The notes below the pieces were generated by a model. The model did not search any database, was not told where the DNA came from, and was given only the letters and a program-made list of their open reading frames with translations. DNA of 44,426 bases from Chiloscyllium plagiosum (lineage: Eukaryota), in the NCBI RefSeq assembly GCF_004010195.1, contig NC_057720.1:3518750-3563175 (forward strand), given 5' to 3'. A program made the translations under genes and the position numbers. Each line of letters begins with the position of its first letter. Positions within the stretch are counted from its first letter, which is position 1. Of the stretch, positions 23,397-33,534 are shown in pieces.

Positions 23397-23504
23397 TGCT
23401 TCCAATTAAACCTGTTGGACTATAAACTGGTGTTTGATTTTTAACTTTTAACAAATCCATGCTGACTGTATGGCTAGTTATGCTGTGTTCAGTTGTATAT
23501 ACTA

Positions 23505-23755
23505 TGACAGATGGAATTTGAAACTGTAAAAGTCAGGAATTGTCTTATGATGATTGTGAAACCATTGTCAATTGTTGGGTAGAATACACAGCTCCATAAT
23601 GTCCCTTAGAAAAAGTAATTGCCTTCCTTACCTGGTCTTGCCGACATGTGACTTGCTGTATAGCAATGTGGTTGACATGTAACTGCCCAATGGACAATTA
23701 AGATGAGCAACAAATGTTGCCTATCCATCAGCACCCACATTCCATGAGCAAATTT
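23505..23755 (+). mobile_element. Second SINE family (body and 3' tail)
   Basis: GAAACCATTGTCAATTG...CCTTACCTGGTC...GCAATGTGGTTGAC...CAAATGTTG...CCCACATTCCATGA; the tail resembles the LINE end at 42324-42400. Confidence 0.65.
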
Positions 23756-24539
23756 AAATGAAAAGGTCTCTCATCCAAATGCAAGTTGAGCAGTATTTAA
23801 GAGCAAGGCATTAACTTCATTTAGTGTAAGAAAATATAATATCTTGTTATACCTGTGCATTTACTGTCTATCAACCTTTAATTTTTAGTGTTGAACTTTC
23901 TATTATGAACTTAGCCATTATAATAAAAACCTACTGCATTAATTTTTCACTCCAATTGCAACCACGTCAGTGGTGATACAACAGCACTTGAGTTATGCAT
24001 TTTCCCAGTGCAGCTGAATAGAGAAAGAGCTGTATTTCAGCAAGATCTGTTGTTTCCTACATTTTGTTACTTTATTCAATATTGGATCCAAATATATGAA
24101 AATTACAGAACAGCCTGTAAATGTCCTGGCCATATTATTGTCTATCTGCAATCCAACACTACCTGAAGTGTTCTTGATTTTACTACACCTCCACAATGTC
24201 CAGTCGGAGCTGCTAGTGGCATAAAATACTTTATTAACTTCAATAGTGAAGGTGAACATTTTCAAAATGGCCTGGGATTCTTGTAGATTGCTAAATAAAC
24301 AATTAAAGTTTTAACGTCTAGTTGGGATTTAGTCTCTCATTCCATTCAGTTGTTGTGCATTGTGTTGCCCTCATTGGAACTTTTTTTTCTGGTGAGGTGT
24401 TTGGTTTGTGAATATGCAGTAATGCCCCCCGCTCCATTCTGATGGCATGACCGTTATCGAGAATACTTGATTCAAGGAATCGCAGAGATGGTATTGTAGA
24501 AGAGAATTCATGGGTGTGTTGCCTTAGTGAGTTGCCTTA

Positions 24540-24638
24540 AGTGGAGCTGAAATGCGCATCAGCCATGATTGAATGGCGGAGTGGACTCGATGGGCCGAAT
24601 GGCCTTACTTCCACTCCTATGTCTTATGGTCTTATGGT
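24540..24638 (+). mobile_element. CR1 3' tail fragment
   Basis: ATCAGCCATGATTGAATGGCGGAG...GGGCCGAATGGCCTTACTTC with TCTTATGG terminal repeats. Confidence 0.75.
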
Positions 24639-24914
24639 TGCCTGAGATTTTGCTCTCTTGTGCCCCGCCGCCACCACCTCCTTCAAACTTTGTTGTATCA
24701 CCTCTGAAGATAATGATTAGTGATGAGTACCATTCCAAAGTTTGTAGCTGTGCAGTATTCTAAAATCAGAGGCTATTAAGCCCATTAAGTCTAGATTGAC
24801 CCTCCAAAGACTACCTCTCACCCCCATAACCCACCTGTACTTAGTGCCAATCCTAACATAGGAGAATTTGTAGCTACTATTCAGGAAATGAGCTCCAGGA
24901 ATTGGAAGTTTTAT

Positions 24915-25205
24915 TATAGAATCCTTACGATGCAGAAGAGGTTGTTTGGCCCATCAAGTCTGCACTGACCGTCCAAAGAGCATTCCACCCAAACCCAGCC
25001 CACTCTCTTATCCCCATACCCCTATGTTTACCTTGGCTAATCCACCTAACCTGCACATCTTTCGGCTATGAGAGGAAACTGGAGTATCTGGTGAAAACCC
25101 ATGCAGTCACTGGGAGAATGTGCAAACTCTACACAGTCACCCAAGGGTGGAATCAAGCATGGGTCCCTGGTGCTGTAAGGCAGCAGTGCTAACCATAAGC
25201 CAACC
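24915..25205 (-). mobile_element. HE1-type SINE (diverged)
   Basis: Reverse complement of the HE1 head (GGCAGCAGTGCTAACCA) and body. Confidence 0.85.
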
Positions 25206-26688
25206 AAGTTTAATCGGAGAAGCTTACCAGAGCTTAAAAATTGGGTAACTTGGCTTATGCTGAAAAAAAAGAGGGATTAATATTCCTTCTAATAAAATAA
25301 ATATCCATGGGAAAATAAGCGCATGTTTATCATTGTTCTTGGTTTGATAGATGAAGCTACAATTGGTATATGGGATGATTTCTGCAGGGTTCGTTCTTTT
25401 AGTTTCTTTCTTGAGCCACTTACTGGAGAGCAGTGTACGAGGCATGAGGATCACTTTGCAGAATTAAGTGGATGCTTTTAACGTACTACTCACTCTTCCC
25501 ACCCACCCCAAGACTCAGTCTGCCACTTACTTACAGTACTCTGGTCTAAGTAAAGCAATGCATCAGCATCTCCAAATCCTGTTCTGTGAGGGCTTGAATC
25601 TTTGCTAGAAAATATATCACTGCTTCTGTGTTGCAACAAATGCTGAATAGTGTTCATGATGTTCTTTCAAATCCTAGCAATATGTATTCATCCCATTTGC
25701 ATAACATCCTGCATTTATTTTCTAGTTCCTTCTGAGGAAATCATAAAAACACCAACGCATTCTTCCTTTGTGATGCTATATTCCCTGATATGTAACATGC
25801 GAAACATTCTTGGGCAGAAATTAGTGTAAATGCTATAATTCTTTGAAAATGCTGATCTGACAGGTATATAATTTAAGGGAATCTGCAGTAGTATCATTAT
25901 CACTTGCCAATAAACGTTGACTGTTCCTACAAGGTTTAACTCTGAATACTGAAACAGAAGAAAATTGCAGATAAGTAAAATCTAGATTTAAAACAAAATA
26001 CTGGAAAATGGCCCCTGTTTGGGCAAGAAACCAAGATAAGGCTTTATGTCGATCTTTTCATGTGAATACTGCATTTGACGAAGATAAACATTGTTGAGCA
26101 ATGTTGCATTGCAAAAGCAGGACTACCAAAGTAACTGGTATTCATGTCTTCAAGGGTTTCATGCTTTAATAATAGGTCCATAATTTTTCTTTCATGAAGT
26201 GACTTTAATACTTTTAGAGTAGTTAGTTTTTTTTGTGTGAAAGATTTCCTGACCATTAAAATATAATGTGGAATTCCTGGTACAAATCTTGATCTTTTTC
26301 AAGATTGATCATAAGATCTTTAATTAATCAGGTGTGGGTACATAAAAATATTGCCACGAAGATTGTTGTAGTTACTGCCACACTAAAAACTGGGCATGAG
26401 AAGAATTGGTAGCCTTGGGCACTGATTCCAGTCGTGTATGGTCTGTTGACTCTGGTATGTGGAACATTCTGTCGATATCTCTTCCATGAGTGTATGTGTT
26501 GGTTGAATTACTTGTCTTAGGGTGAGCCTCAGGCTACAAATTCCCTTCTTTTTCCCCCCTTTCCTTTCCTTTTTCCTGCCCCAGCCCTGCAGAAATATGA
26601 GTAAGTTTGAAAACCCATGTGTCAAGGGTATTAATCAAAGCATTTAATTTTGTACTGTATGAAAACTTAACTGGTGTGCAAAAGAGTT

Positions 26689-26800
26689 AGAACATAAAGC
26701 ATTAGAACACAGTACAGGCCCTTAGCTCTTGATGTTGTGCAGACCTGTGGAACCAATCTGAAGCCCATCTAACCTACACTATTCCATTTTCATCCACATG
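26689..26800 (-). mobile_element. CR1 3' tail fragment
   Basis: Highly similar to the tail at about 17250-17350. Confidence 0.75.
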
Positions 26801-26995
26801 TAGCTTAGCTAAGGCATTGCCCAATGAAACTTACAGACCGCAAGCATGACTAATGATTGGATTTTGGGAAGATTGTAATTGCAAGCATGCAGTTTGATTA
26901 AAGGATGAATCCTTGATAAACCATTTTATTATTCATGGAGTTCTTAATTGCGATTTTTGGTTTATTTTCTATTGGTATGAATATTTCAAATAACT

Positions 26996-27195
26996 GTCAA
27001 AAATCGCACAATACAAGGTTTTAGTCCAACAGGTTTATTTGAAAACAAGCTTTTGGAGTGCTGCTCTTTGACTAGCACCTGAAGGAGCAGCGAGGCTCTC
27101 CACAATCCTGTTTACAAACAAACCTGTTGGACTGCATCCTGGCATTATAATTTTTGACCTTGTCCAACCCAGTTCAACATCAGCACTTTCACATC
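26996..27195. mobile_element. Degenerate palindromic dimer of the Penelope hammerhead cassette
   Basis: AGTCCAACAGGTTTATTTG...CAAACAAACCTGTTGGACT inverted arms, a one-sided tail on the right, and AATAACT at 26989-26995 and 27196-27202. Confidence 0.75.
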
Positions 27196-27204
27196 AATAA
27201 CTCT

Positions 27205-27318
27205 GTGGAGTTGAGTAGCAATGAAATAGTGCCCTTACCCCTGGAAGGGGAGGCCCAGGTTCAAGTTCCACCTGCTGCAGAAGTGAGATATATTTCTGAA
27301 CAACTTGATTAGAAAAAA
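27205..27318 (+). mobile_element. Short tRNA-derived SINE-like element
   Basis: B-box-like GGTTCAAGTTCC after a degenerate A-box; no intact cloverleaf. Confidence 0.45.
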
Positions 27319-27930
27319 TAGATAAAATTTTTAAAAATCAGGTTCATGGTACTGATGCTTATTTTTAACTAAAGTATAGATAACTGTTATTGAATTCTTT
27401 TACCTATTTAGTTACTACCTCAACTCCATGACAAATAGTCTCACTTGTGCTTGGTTCTATTTGCAGTAAGGGATTGCTAACTGAAAGGTCAGTACAGCGA
27501 GTGAGACTATTTGATTCATGTCTTCAACATTAATCTCTTGATTTCATTTTTCTGTTTCTTGCCAATTTGATTAACTAGTTTCTTCATTTCATGTGCTAGA
27601 AGGTAGATCTGGTGATAACAGTTGTCTTCCTTAGCTCACTGAAGTACCTATTTATGGTTCTTAACTTTATTTATCAATAGACTAATCACAGTGCTTTCCA
27701 GCCCCGTTGAATTGATTGTTTTCTGATCTCATTTGTGCTTTCAAAACAATGATGGTGTTCAGTACAGGATTCCTGTATACCTTACTTTGGCAAAGCCAGA
27801 AACACTGAAGTGAAGAAAGCAAACAAGTTGAGAACTTGTCTCTCAAGCACAGTTATTTCCTAGATGGTGTTAAAATATAAAACCAGAGATAACTTTGGTT
27901 TTGTAGTATGCACAAGAGTGTGTTTGGAGC

Positions 27931-28151
27931 AAACAGAATGCTGAAGAGACTCTGCAATTCTGGCAGCATCTTTAGAGAGAGGAATAGCATTATTGTTTCA
28001 ACTTTCATGTAACTCTTCTTCAGAACTCTAAAGAAGAGATATTCCAGACTTGACATTAATTCTGTTTTGTTCGCCAATAGATATTGCTAGATTTGCCAAG
28101 TTGCTGTAATATTCTGTTTAAGATTTGCAGAATCCATGGTATTTAGCTTTT
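27931..28151. mobile_element. Degenerate palindromic dimer of a third hammerhead-like cassette family
   Basis: AAACAGAAT...TGGCAGCATCT...CTCTTCTTCAGAAC|TCTAAAGAAGAG...AGATATTGCTAG...ATTCTGTTT. The minus arm keeps CTGAAGA...GAAAC. Relatives lie at about 2310-2400, 2985-3280 and 5895-6030. Confidence 0.6.
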
Positions 28152-28255
28152 ACTAGTGTGCTTCTTTGAGACTTGAGCTAAAATTGGGTAAGTTAGCACA
28201 TGCTAATACAGGAAATGCAAATGTTTCTTCTAATGAAAAGATCCAGGAAAAGCTA

Positions 28256-28562
28256 GGGGCAGCACAGTGGCCTCACAGCACCAGGGACGCAAGTTAGACT
28301 CCAGCCTCCTGTGAGTGTGCAAATACCACATAGACATTCTCCCTGTGTCTGTGTTAGGCTTCCACCCACAGTCCAAAGATATGCAGGTTAGGGTGAATTG
28401 ACCATGCTAAATTGCCCCATAATGTTCAGAGATATGTAGGTTAGGTACATTAGTCAGAGGTAAATATAGGCTAGGGGAAATGGGTCTGGGTGGGTTACTC
28501 TTGAGGGTTGGTGTGGACTTGTTGGGCTGAAGGACCTGTTTCCACACTCTCTGGGGATTCTA
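28256..28562 (+). mobile_element. HE1-type SINE (diverged, internal deletions)
   Basis: GGGGCAGCACAGTGG head, CCCACAGTCCAAAGATATGCAGG body and CCTGTTTCCACACT tail. Confidence 0.8.
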
Positions 28563-28868
28563 AACTAGGGGAAAATAAAATTTTTGTAATCTGTTTAATT
28601 ACATAAAGAGCCCTGTCACCTGGAAAACCTAGATTTAAATCTTTTCTAGACAATAAGAGGTGTCTTTTCTCCTCAGTCAGAAGTGGGGTGGGAGAAAAGG
28701 GGAATTTAATACCATTTCCTAGTGAAAATGAAAATGAACTCCAGATAACCATCTGCTTGTATTCTTTACTAGTTGATTTGTTCTGCTCCATGTGAATGCA
28801 CTAATAGTTTCTCACTTATGCTGGGTAAATTGCACTTTCCTTCATTATGGATGATCTAAATTTACAGT

Positions 28869-29573
28869 AGGTAAAAACAATGACTGCAGGGGCTGGAAGC
28901 CAGATTCTGGATTAGTGGTGCTGGAAGAGCACAGCAGTTCAGGCAGCATCAGAGGAGCAGTAAAATTGATGTTTTGGGCAAAAGCCCTTCATCAGGAATA
29001 AAGGCAGAGAGCCTGAAGGGTGGAGAGATAAGTGAGAGGNNNNNNNNNNNNNNNNNNNNNNNNNNNNNNNNNNNNNNNNNNNNNNNNNNNNNNNNNNNNN
29101 NNNNNNNNNNNNNNNNNNNNNNNNNNNNNNNNNNNNNNNNNNNNNNNNNNNNNNNNNNNNNNNNNNNNNNNNNNNNNNNNNNNNNNNNNNNNNNNNNNNN
29201 NNNNNNNNNNNNNNNNNNNNNNNNNNNNNNNNNNNNNNNNNNNNNNGTTGAAGTCCACATTGATGCCCTGGGGTTGAAGTGTTCCGAGGCGGAAGATGAG
29301 GCGTTCTTCCTCCAGGCGTTGGGTGGTGAGGGAGCGGCGGTGAAGGAGGCCCATGTCCTCGGCAGAGTGGGAGGGGGGGAGTTGAAATGATGGGCCACAG
29401 GGCGGTGTGGTTGATTGGTGCGGGTGTCCCGGAGATGTTCCCTAAAGCGCTCTGCTAGGAGGCATCCAGTCTCCCCAATGTAGAGGAGACTGCATCGGGA
29501 GCAACGGATACAATAAATGATATTGGTGGATGTGCAGGTAAAACTTTGGATGTGGAAGGCACCTTTAGGGCCT
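28869..29573 (-). mobile_element. Penelope-like element 3' part: GIY-YIG endonuclease plus pseudo-LTR with mutated hammerhead; spans an N gap
   Basis: FTCTSTNIIYCIRCSRCSLLYIGETG...RFREHL...PVAHHFNS...RLEEERLIFRLGTLQPQGINVDF. The terminus has CTGATGA-A-GGGC-TTTT-GCCC-AAAAC (GAAA changed to AAAA). Confidence 0.9.
29040..29246. other. Assembly gap (N run)
   Basis: Continuous Ns. Confidence 0.99.
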
Positions 29574-29674
29574 TTTGTTTTACATTTTAGTGGTGTTTCT
29601 TAAAGAAACTGGAAACCCAGCAATGTATAAATCCCATGTACAATGAAACACAAACCCAGTATGTACAGTGGGTA

Positions 29675-30137
29675 GAGACAAAAAAAACTGCATGTACTGG
29701 AATCCAAAGTAGGCAAACAGGAGGCTGGAAGAACACAGCAAGCCAGGCAGCATCAGCAGATGGAGAAGTCAACATTTTGGGTGTAACCCTTCAGGACTAG
29801 ATGTAGGGCAGGGGAAGCTATAGATAGTGGTGGGGGAGGAGAGTAGCAGAATGGTGAGGTGGTGATGGGTGGGCACAGGTAGTGGGTGCAACCTGGGTGA
29901 TGAGAGGGAAGGAAGTTCGGTAGGTAGAATGGAAAGAGGGAGCTGGAGCGTGGGTGGGAAGGTTATTTGAAATGGGGCTCTCAATGTTAAGTCCTCCGGG
30001 CTGTAAACTGTCCAGGAGGAAGGTCTGTAGCTCCCTTACACCCCACATCTAGTTCTGAAGAAGGGTTAATACCTGAAATGTTGCACCACCTGATGCTGCC
30101 TGGCTTGCTGTGTTCTTCCAACCTCCTGTTTGTCTAC
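29675..30137. mobile_element. Non-autonomous Penelope derivative with inverted pseudo-LTRs
   Basis: 29709-29825 is inverted at 30023-30137. The right arm has CTGAAGA-A-GGGT-TAAT-ACCT-GAAA-TGTT (30055-30082). Flanks are GTACAGTGGGTA (29663-29674) and GTGCAATGGGTA (30138-30149). Confidence 0.8.
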
Positions 30138-30614
30138 GTGCAATGGGTAACCTGGCTATGTGAATATTCAGTTTTTGTACTGACAGTAATATTGCAGTCA
30201 CCGTGGGACGATGATGCATTAGGTGGATTTTTGGGGACACCAGGACTTTGACCCAGTAACAGTGAAGGAGTGGAAATTTACCTCCAATTAACAATTGCTA
30301 TGTATGCTTTGATTTTGGAAGGCTGAAAGATTTTTTTGCTACTATTATCTTAAAATATTAATCTACAGAAAGTAATTTTTGTTGGAAACTTTGGTCTTAT
30401 TTGGCAGAAATTTGTCAAGGGAGAATCATCCTTGCTGGTATTTCATAGTTTGCCACTTCAAAGAGGAATGCGAATTGCTTGATAGTTAATTAGACAGTAG
30501 AAAAGCTCAGTGGCATGAGAATTATTGTTTTACTTCAGAATCTGTAAATGCATTCCTGGTGCTACTGAACCAACGTAATTTATTCTTTCTCAATATACTA
30601 TTGTGCCTTGCGTG

Positions 30615-30960
30615 AGGGTAGAATAGATTCCAGTCCCACTTTGAGTTCAGTACAAAAATGACACTCAAGTGTGCAGTATGTCGAGAATACTGCTCTGGTG
30701 TCGTCTTTCAAATGAGACATTAAGCCTGCGGCATGGCACTATTTCAAATAAGAGCATGGGAGTTATCTTGTTGTGTGCTAATATTGGTATCAATATTTAT
30801 CCCTCAATCCACATCAATAAAACAATTATCTTGCCATGATTACATTTGTGGGAGTTTGTGTGTACATTGGTAATTGTGTTTACTACAAAACAACAACTGT
30901 ACTTTAAGGAAGTACTATGTTGGCTTCAGAGTGCTGAGAAACCTCTCATCCTGAAAACTC
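30615..30960 (+). mobile_element. DeuSINE (SacSINE1/AmnSINE1-like) remnant
   Basis: GTCTTTCAAATGAGACATTAA...CATGGCACTATTTCAAATAAGAGCATGGGAGTT...CAATATTTATCCCTCAATCCACATC matches the recalled Deu-domain consensus. Confidence 0.75.
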
Positions 30961-32295
30961 TGATCTAAATGTGTCTTCTCCCTGAGGTCAAATACTTATG
31001 ACAGAAAATAGGACTGTTTGAGCATTTAAATAGAATTTGGGCAAGTGTATAGAAATTACGTAGGTTTGCGTGTGAACTTGCTGATGTGAAGTAATATGTT
31101 GGATTATGAATAAAATGTTTAGTATTACAAAATGTGCTTGTTTCATAGTTGATGAGTTCAGACATGTATGTGAATGAACAGAATGCCATCCGGAATGAGG
31201 TACATGCACTTTTTAAAAAAAAGTTTCCAGTTGAAAAGTGATTCAGTTGTGGGTTAATTTCTAAAGCACTTGTTTAGGAAAACTTACCTGATGCTATCAG
31301 CATTGAGAAACAATCAACAACTAGTTGAATCTGTTATCTGACTTCTGTTGGAATGTAGTGCAAGTATAAACATGCTCATTATTTGTAGTCCCTGAAAAGT
31401 AGCAATATACCAGCATGTTGCAGTGCTTGCGTGTTTTGTGACCACTGCATTCCTATGAAAGTATTTGCCTAGAAGGCAATATTATGCAGTATGGCCAGCC
31501 ACGACTGAAGACTGGTAGTAAACACATCTTTGCTAAAGTGATTTGGCTGTATTTACACTAGAACAAGACAGTCTGCGTTGCCTGTTTTGCAAGGGACAAG
31601 TGGACATGTTATTTTCACATTAAATTGCAGCGTTTTAGCCCAAAGATTAGAAGTCTTAAGTATTGGTTCCAGGCTAAATATGTACAACACAATTTAACTA
31701 ACTTATTAAGGACCAACTATAGCGTGGTCCAGACTTTTCAAGAAATAGCGTATACTGGTGGTTCTTGCTTTTAACTAGTTCAGGACTGTGCAGTTTCTTG
31801 CTACAGGACAAGATTTAGCCACTTAAGCTATTTGTAGATTGGGCTGGCTTTCATGTCTCAAAGTGGATATGTACTTACGACCTTAAAGATGTTAGGTTCA
31901 ATTTTGAAGATGGTAACTATGATCTCGAGATGGTGCCCAAGGTATAGGATTGATTATAAATCCAAGGCATTGCAAGAATTGTAAAAGTAGACAGATTCAC
32001 TGTGTGTGAACTTCCATAAATATGTAACAATTGTAAAAGTAAGCATTTTGAAGGTGATGACTCTTTCTATTTGAGCTGGAAGCAGTTGAGCCTGTAGCTA
32101 TTGGCAAATCTAATTCCATACAGTACTCAGACATTTTTGGTTACTGAAATTACTTGTACTTTGTTAACTTATGAATTTCAGGATTTGGAAGTCATCTTTT
32201 TGAAAGGTTTAATGAGACTTGTTTTATTGTATCTGAGTGTACTTTTTTTTCTGCAAAATTGATAAGCTTTTCCTTTTTCTTCCCTCCCAATGAAG

Positions 32296-33000
32296 ACTTC
32301 ATTGAAACAATTCATGCTTCTTCTGTTATCAAGAGAGAATTGAAAGTCACTGAAGCTACTGAACTCAACAACCACAGGCCACACATAAACCACATTACGG
32401 TGTCCAAAAAACGAAACTGGCTGCAACAATGCACACTCAACCCTCAAATGAACGAAGAGACCAATGCCTCTGTAGCAGTAGAGCTAACAAATCGTATGAG
32501 TAGTCCAAATCCCTTACACGAAAGCAAGCAGCAGCCTGCAGTTCTGCCAAGAGAACATATCCAACAAAATGATCGAAGGCATACTGAAGGGAACTCTCTG
32601 GATCATAATGAAGAAAATGATGCAGATGATGAAGGGGAAATATGGTACAACCCTATTCCAGAAGATGAAGAAGTCGATCTGTCACATATAAAACTTGCAG
32701 TTGCCCCGAGGATTTCTGTGGCTAAAGTTGATAAGCCTGTCAGCAGCTTGCAGATGAAGCAATGTTTATTACCTGGTGGTGATTTGTTAAAGGGACAAAT
32801 TATCTTGGGGACCTCTGAAAATTGTTCTGAAAGTGTGCAAGAAACCCAGATAGTTCCAGTGATTGATGTGAATCAGGGAAATTCTGTGAATTCTACAAAT
32901 CCCACAAACAGTGGGCAGCTGCATAGGCAGACCTGTGTATGCAAGTTTAAGAGTGAGGCGACCATGGAGGAAATCTGTGTCCACAGGCCTCCAGTTTCAG
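32296..33000 (+). CDS. SYDE2: SYDE2 coding exon 2 (705 nt, phase 1 to phase 1)
   Basis: Polypyrimidine tract with acceptor TGAAG|AC and donor TCAG|GTAAGC. ITVSKKRNWL and NEENDADDEGEIWYNPIPED match recalled human SYDE2. Confidence 0.95.
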
Positions 33001-33534
33001 GTAAGCTGTTTGTATTGTCTCAGGAAGCTCTTGTAGAATGTATGGATAATAAATTATCAAATAATTTTAGTTATAATTGCTATTTATACCCTTGAAATTT
33101 GTTTTGGGCATTATAAGCATCTACTTTGAGCTTGGGAAAATGGGTAACGCATATACCTCTTTTTGGTTTTTGCATGTGTAAATCTGCTTTGCTTCTTAGT
33201 GAGGTGTTAGCACTACCTTTTTAACTGACTATTATTTGCTAGTTTTTCAATAACCTGTTTTGTTAGAGGTGTATTGAATTCCCATTGTCATTGATCATGC
33301 AACATTAAGCTGCTGTATATCAATAATGTACGTTTGCTGCAATATCAATTTTTGGCTAGAAATGTGTAGCAACAAAAGGATGCACACCAAACATTTAAGC
33401 AAGTTTCTTGAGGCAGCATTTAAACCTGATGACTACTTTAGGCATTGCATACTTGGTACTGCATTCAGGGCATATAGGTTTTGGAGCAGGTAATGCGCTA
33501 ATCTGCTAGAATAGTACTGGGTTTTAAAAGGATT

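Larger units (their letters stand above)
22405..23447 (+). mobile_element. 5'-truncated Penelope-like element with inverted pseudo-LTRs and a 14-bp flanking duplication
   Basis: GIY-YIG C-terminus SDLWVIILQGG...RKVAEQRLIAKFG...LNRDLGFMSHYR* (22563-22706), then a CA-rich UTR. The terminal repeat at about 23325-23447 is inverted at about 22438-22559. TTAACAAATCCATG at 22391-22404 and 23448-23461. Confidence 0.9.
17060..23470 (-). mobile_element. Old CR1 fragment (about 17060-17245, 21421-22404, 23448-23470) hosting nested insertions
   Basis: Degenerate CR1 3' region that continues across the younger insertions; FVVFINDLG and SQHGFVK remnants. Confidence 0.7.

Noticed and set aside
28949..29398. 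ORFs spanning the N run
   Set aside because: They are artefacts of the assembly gap.
32259..33095. 278-aa ORF as a standalone protein
   Set aside because: The ends are intronic (polypyrimidine tract and post-donor sequence); only 32296-33000 is supported as exon.
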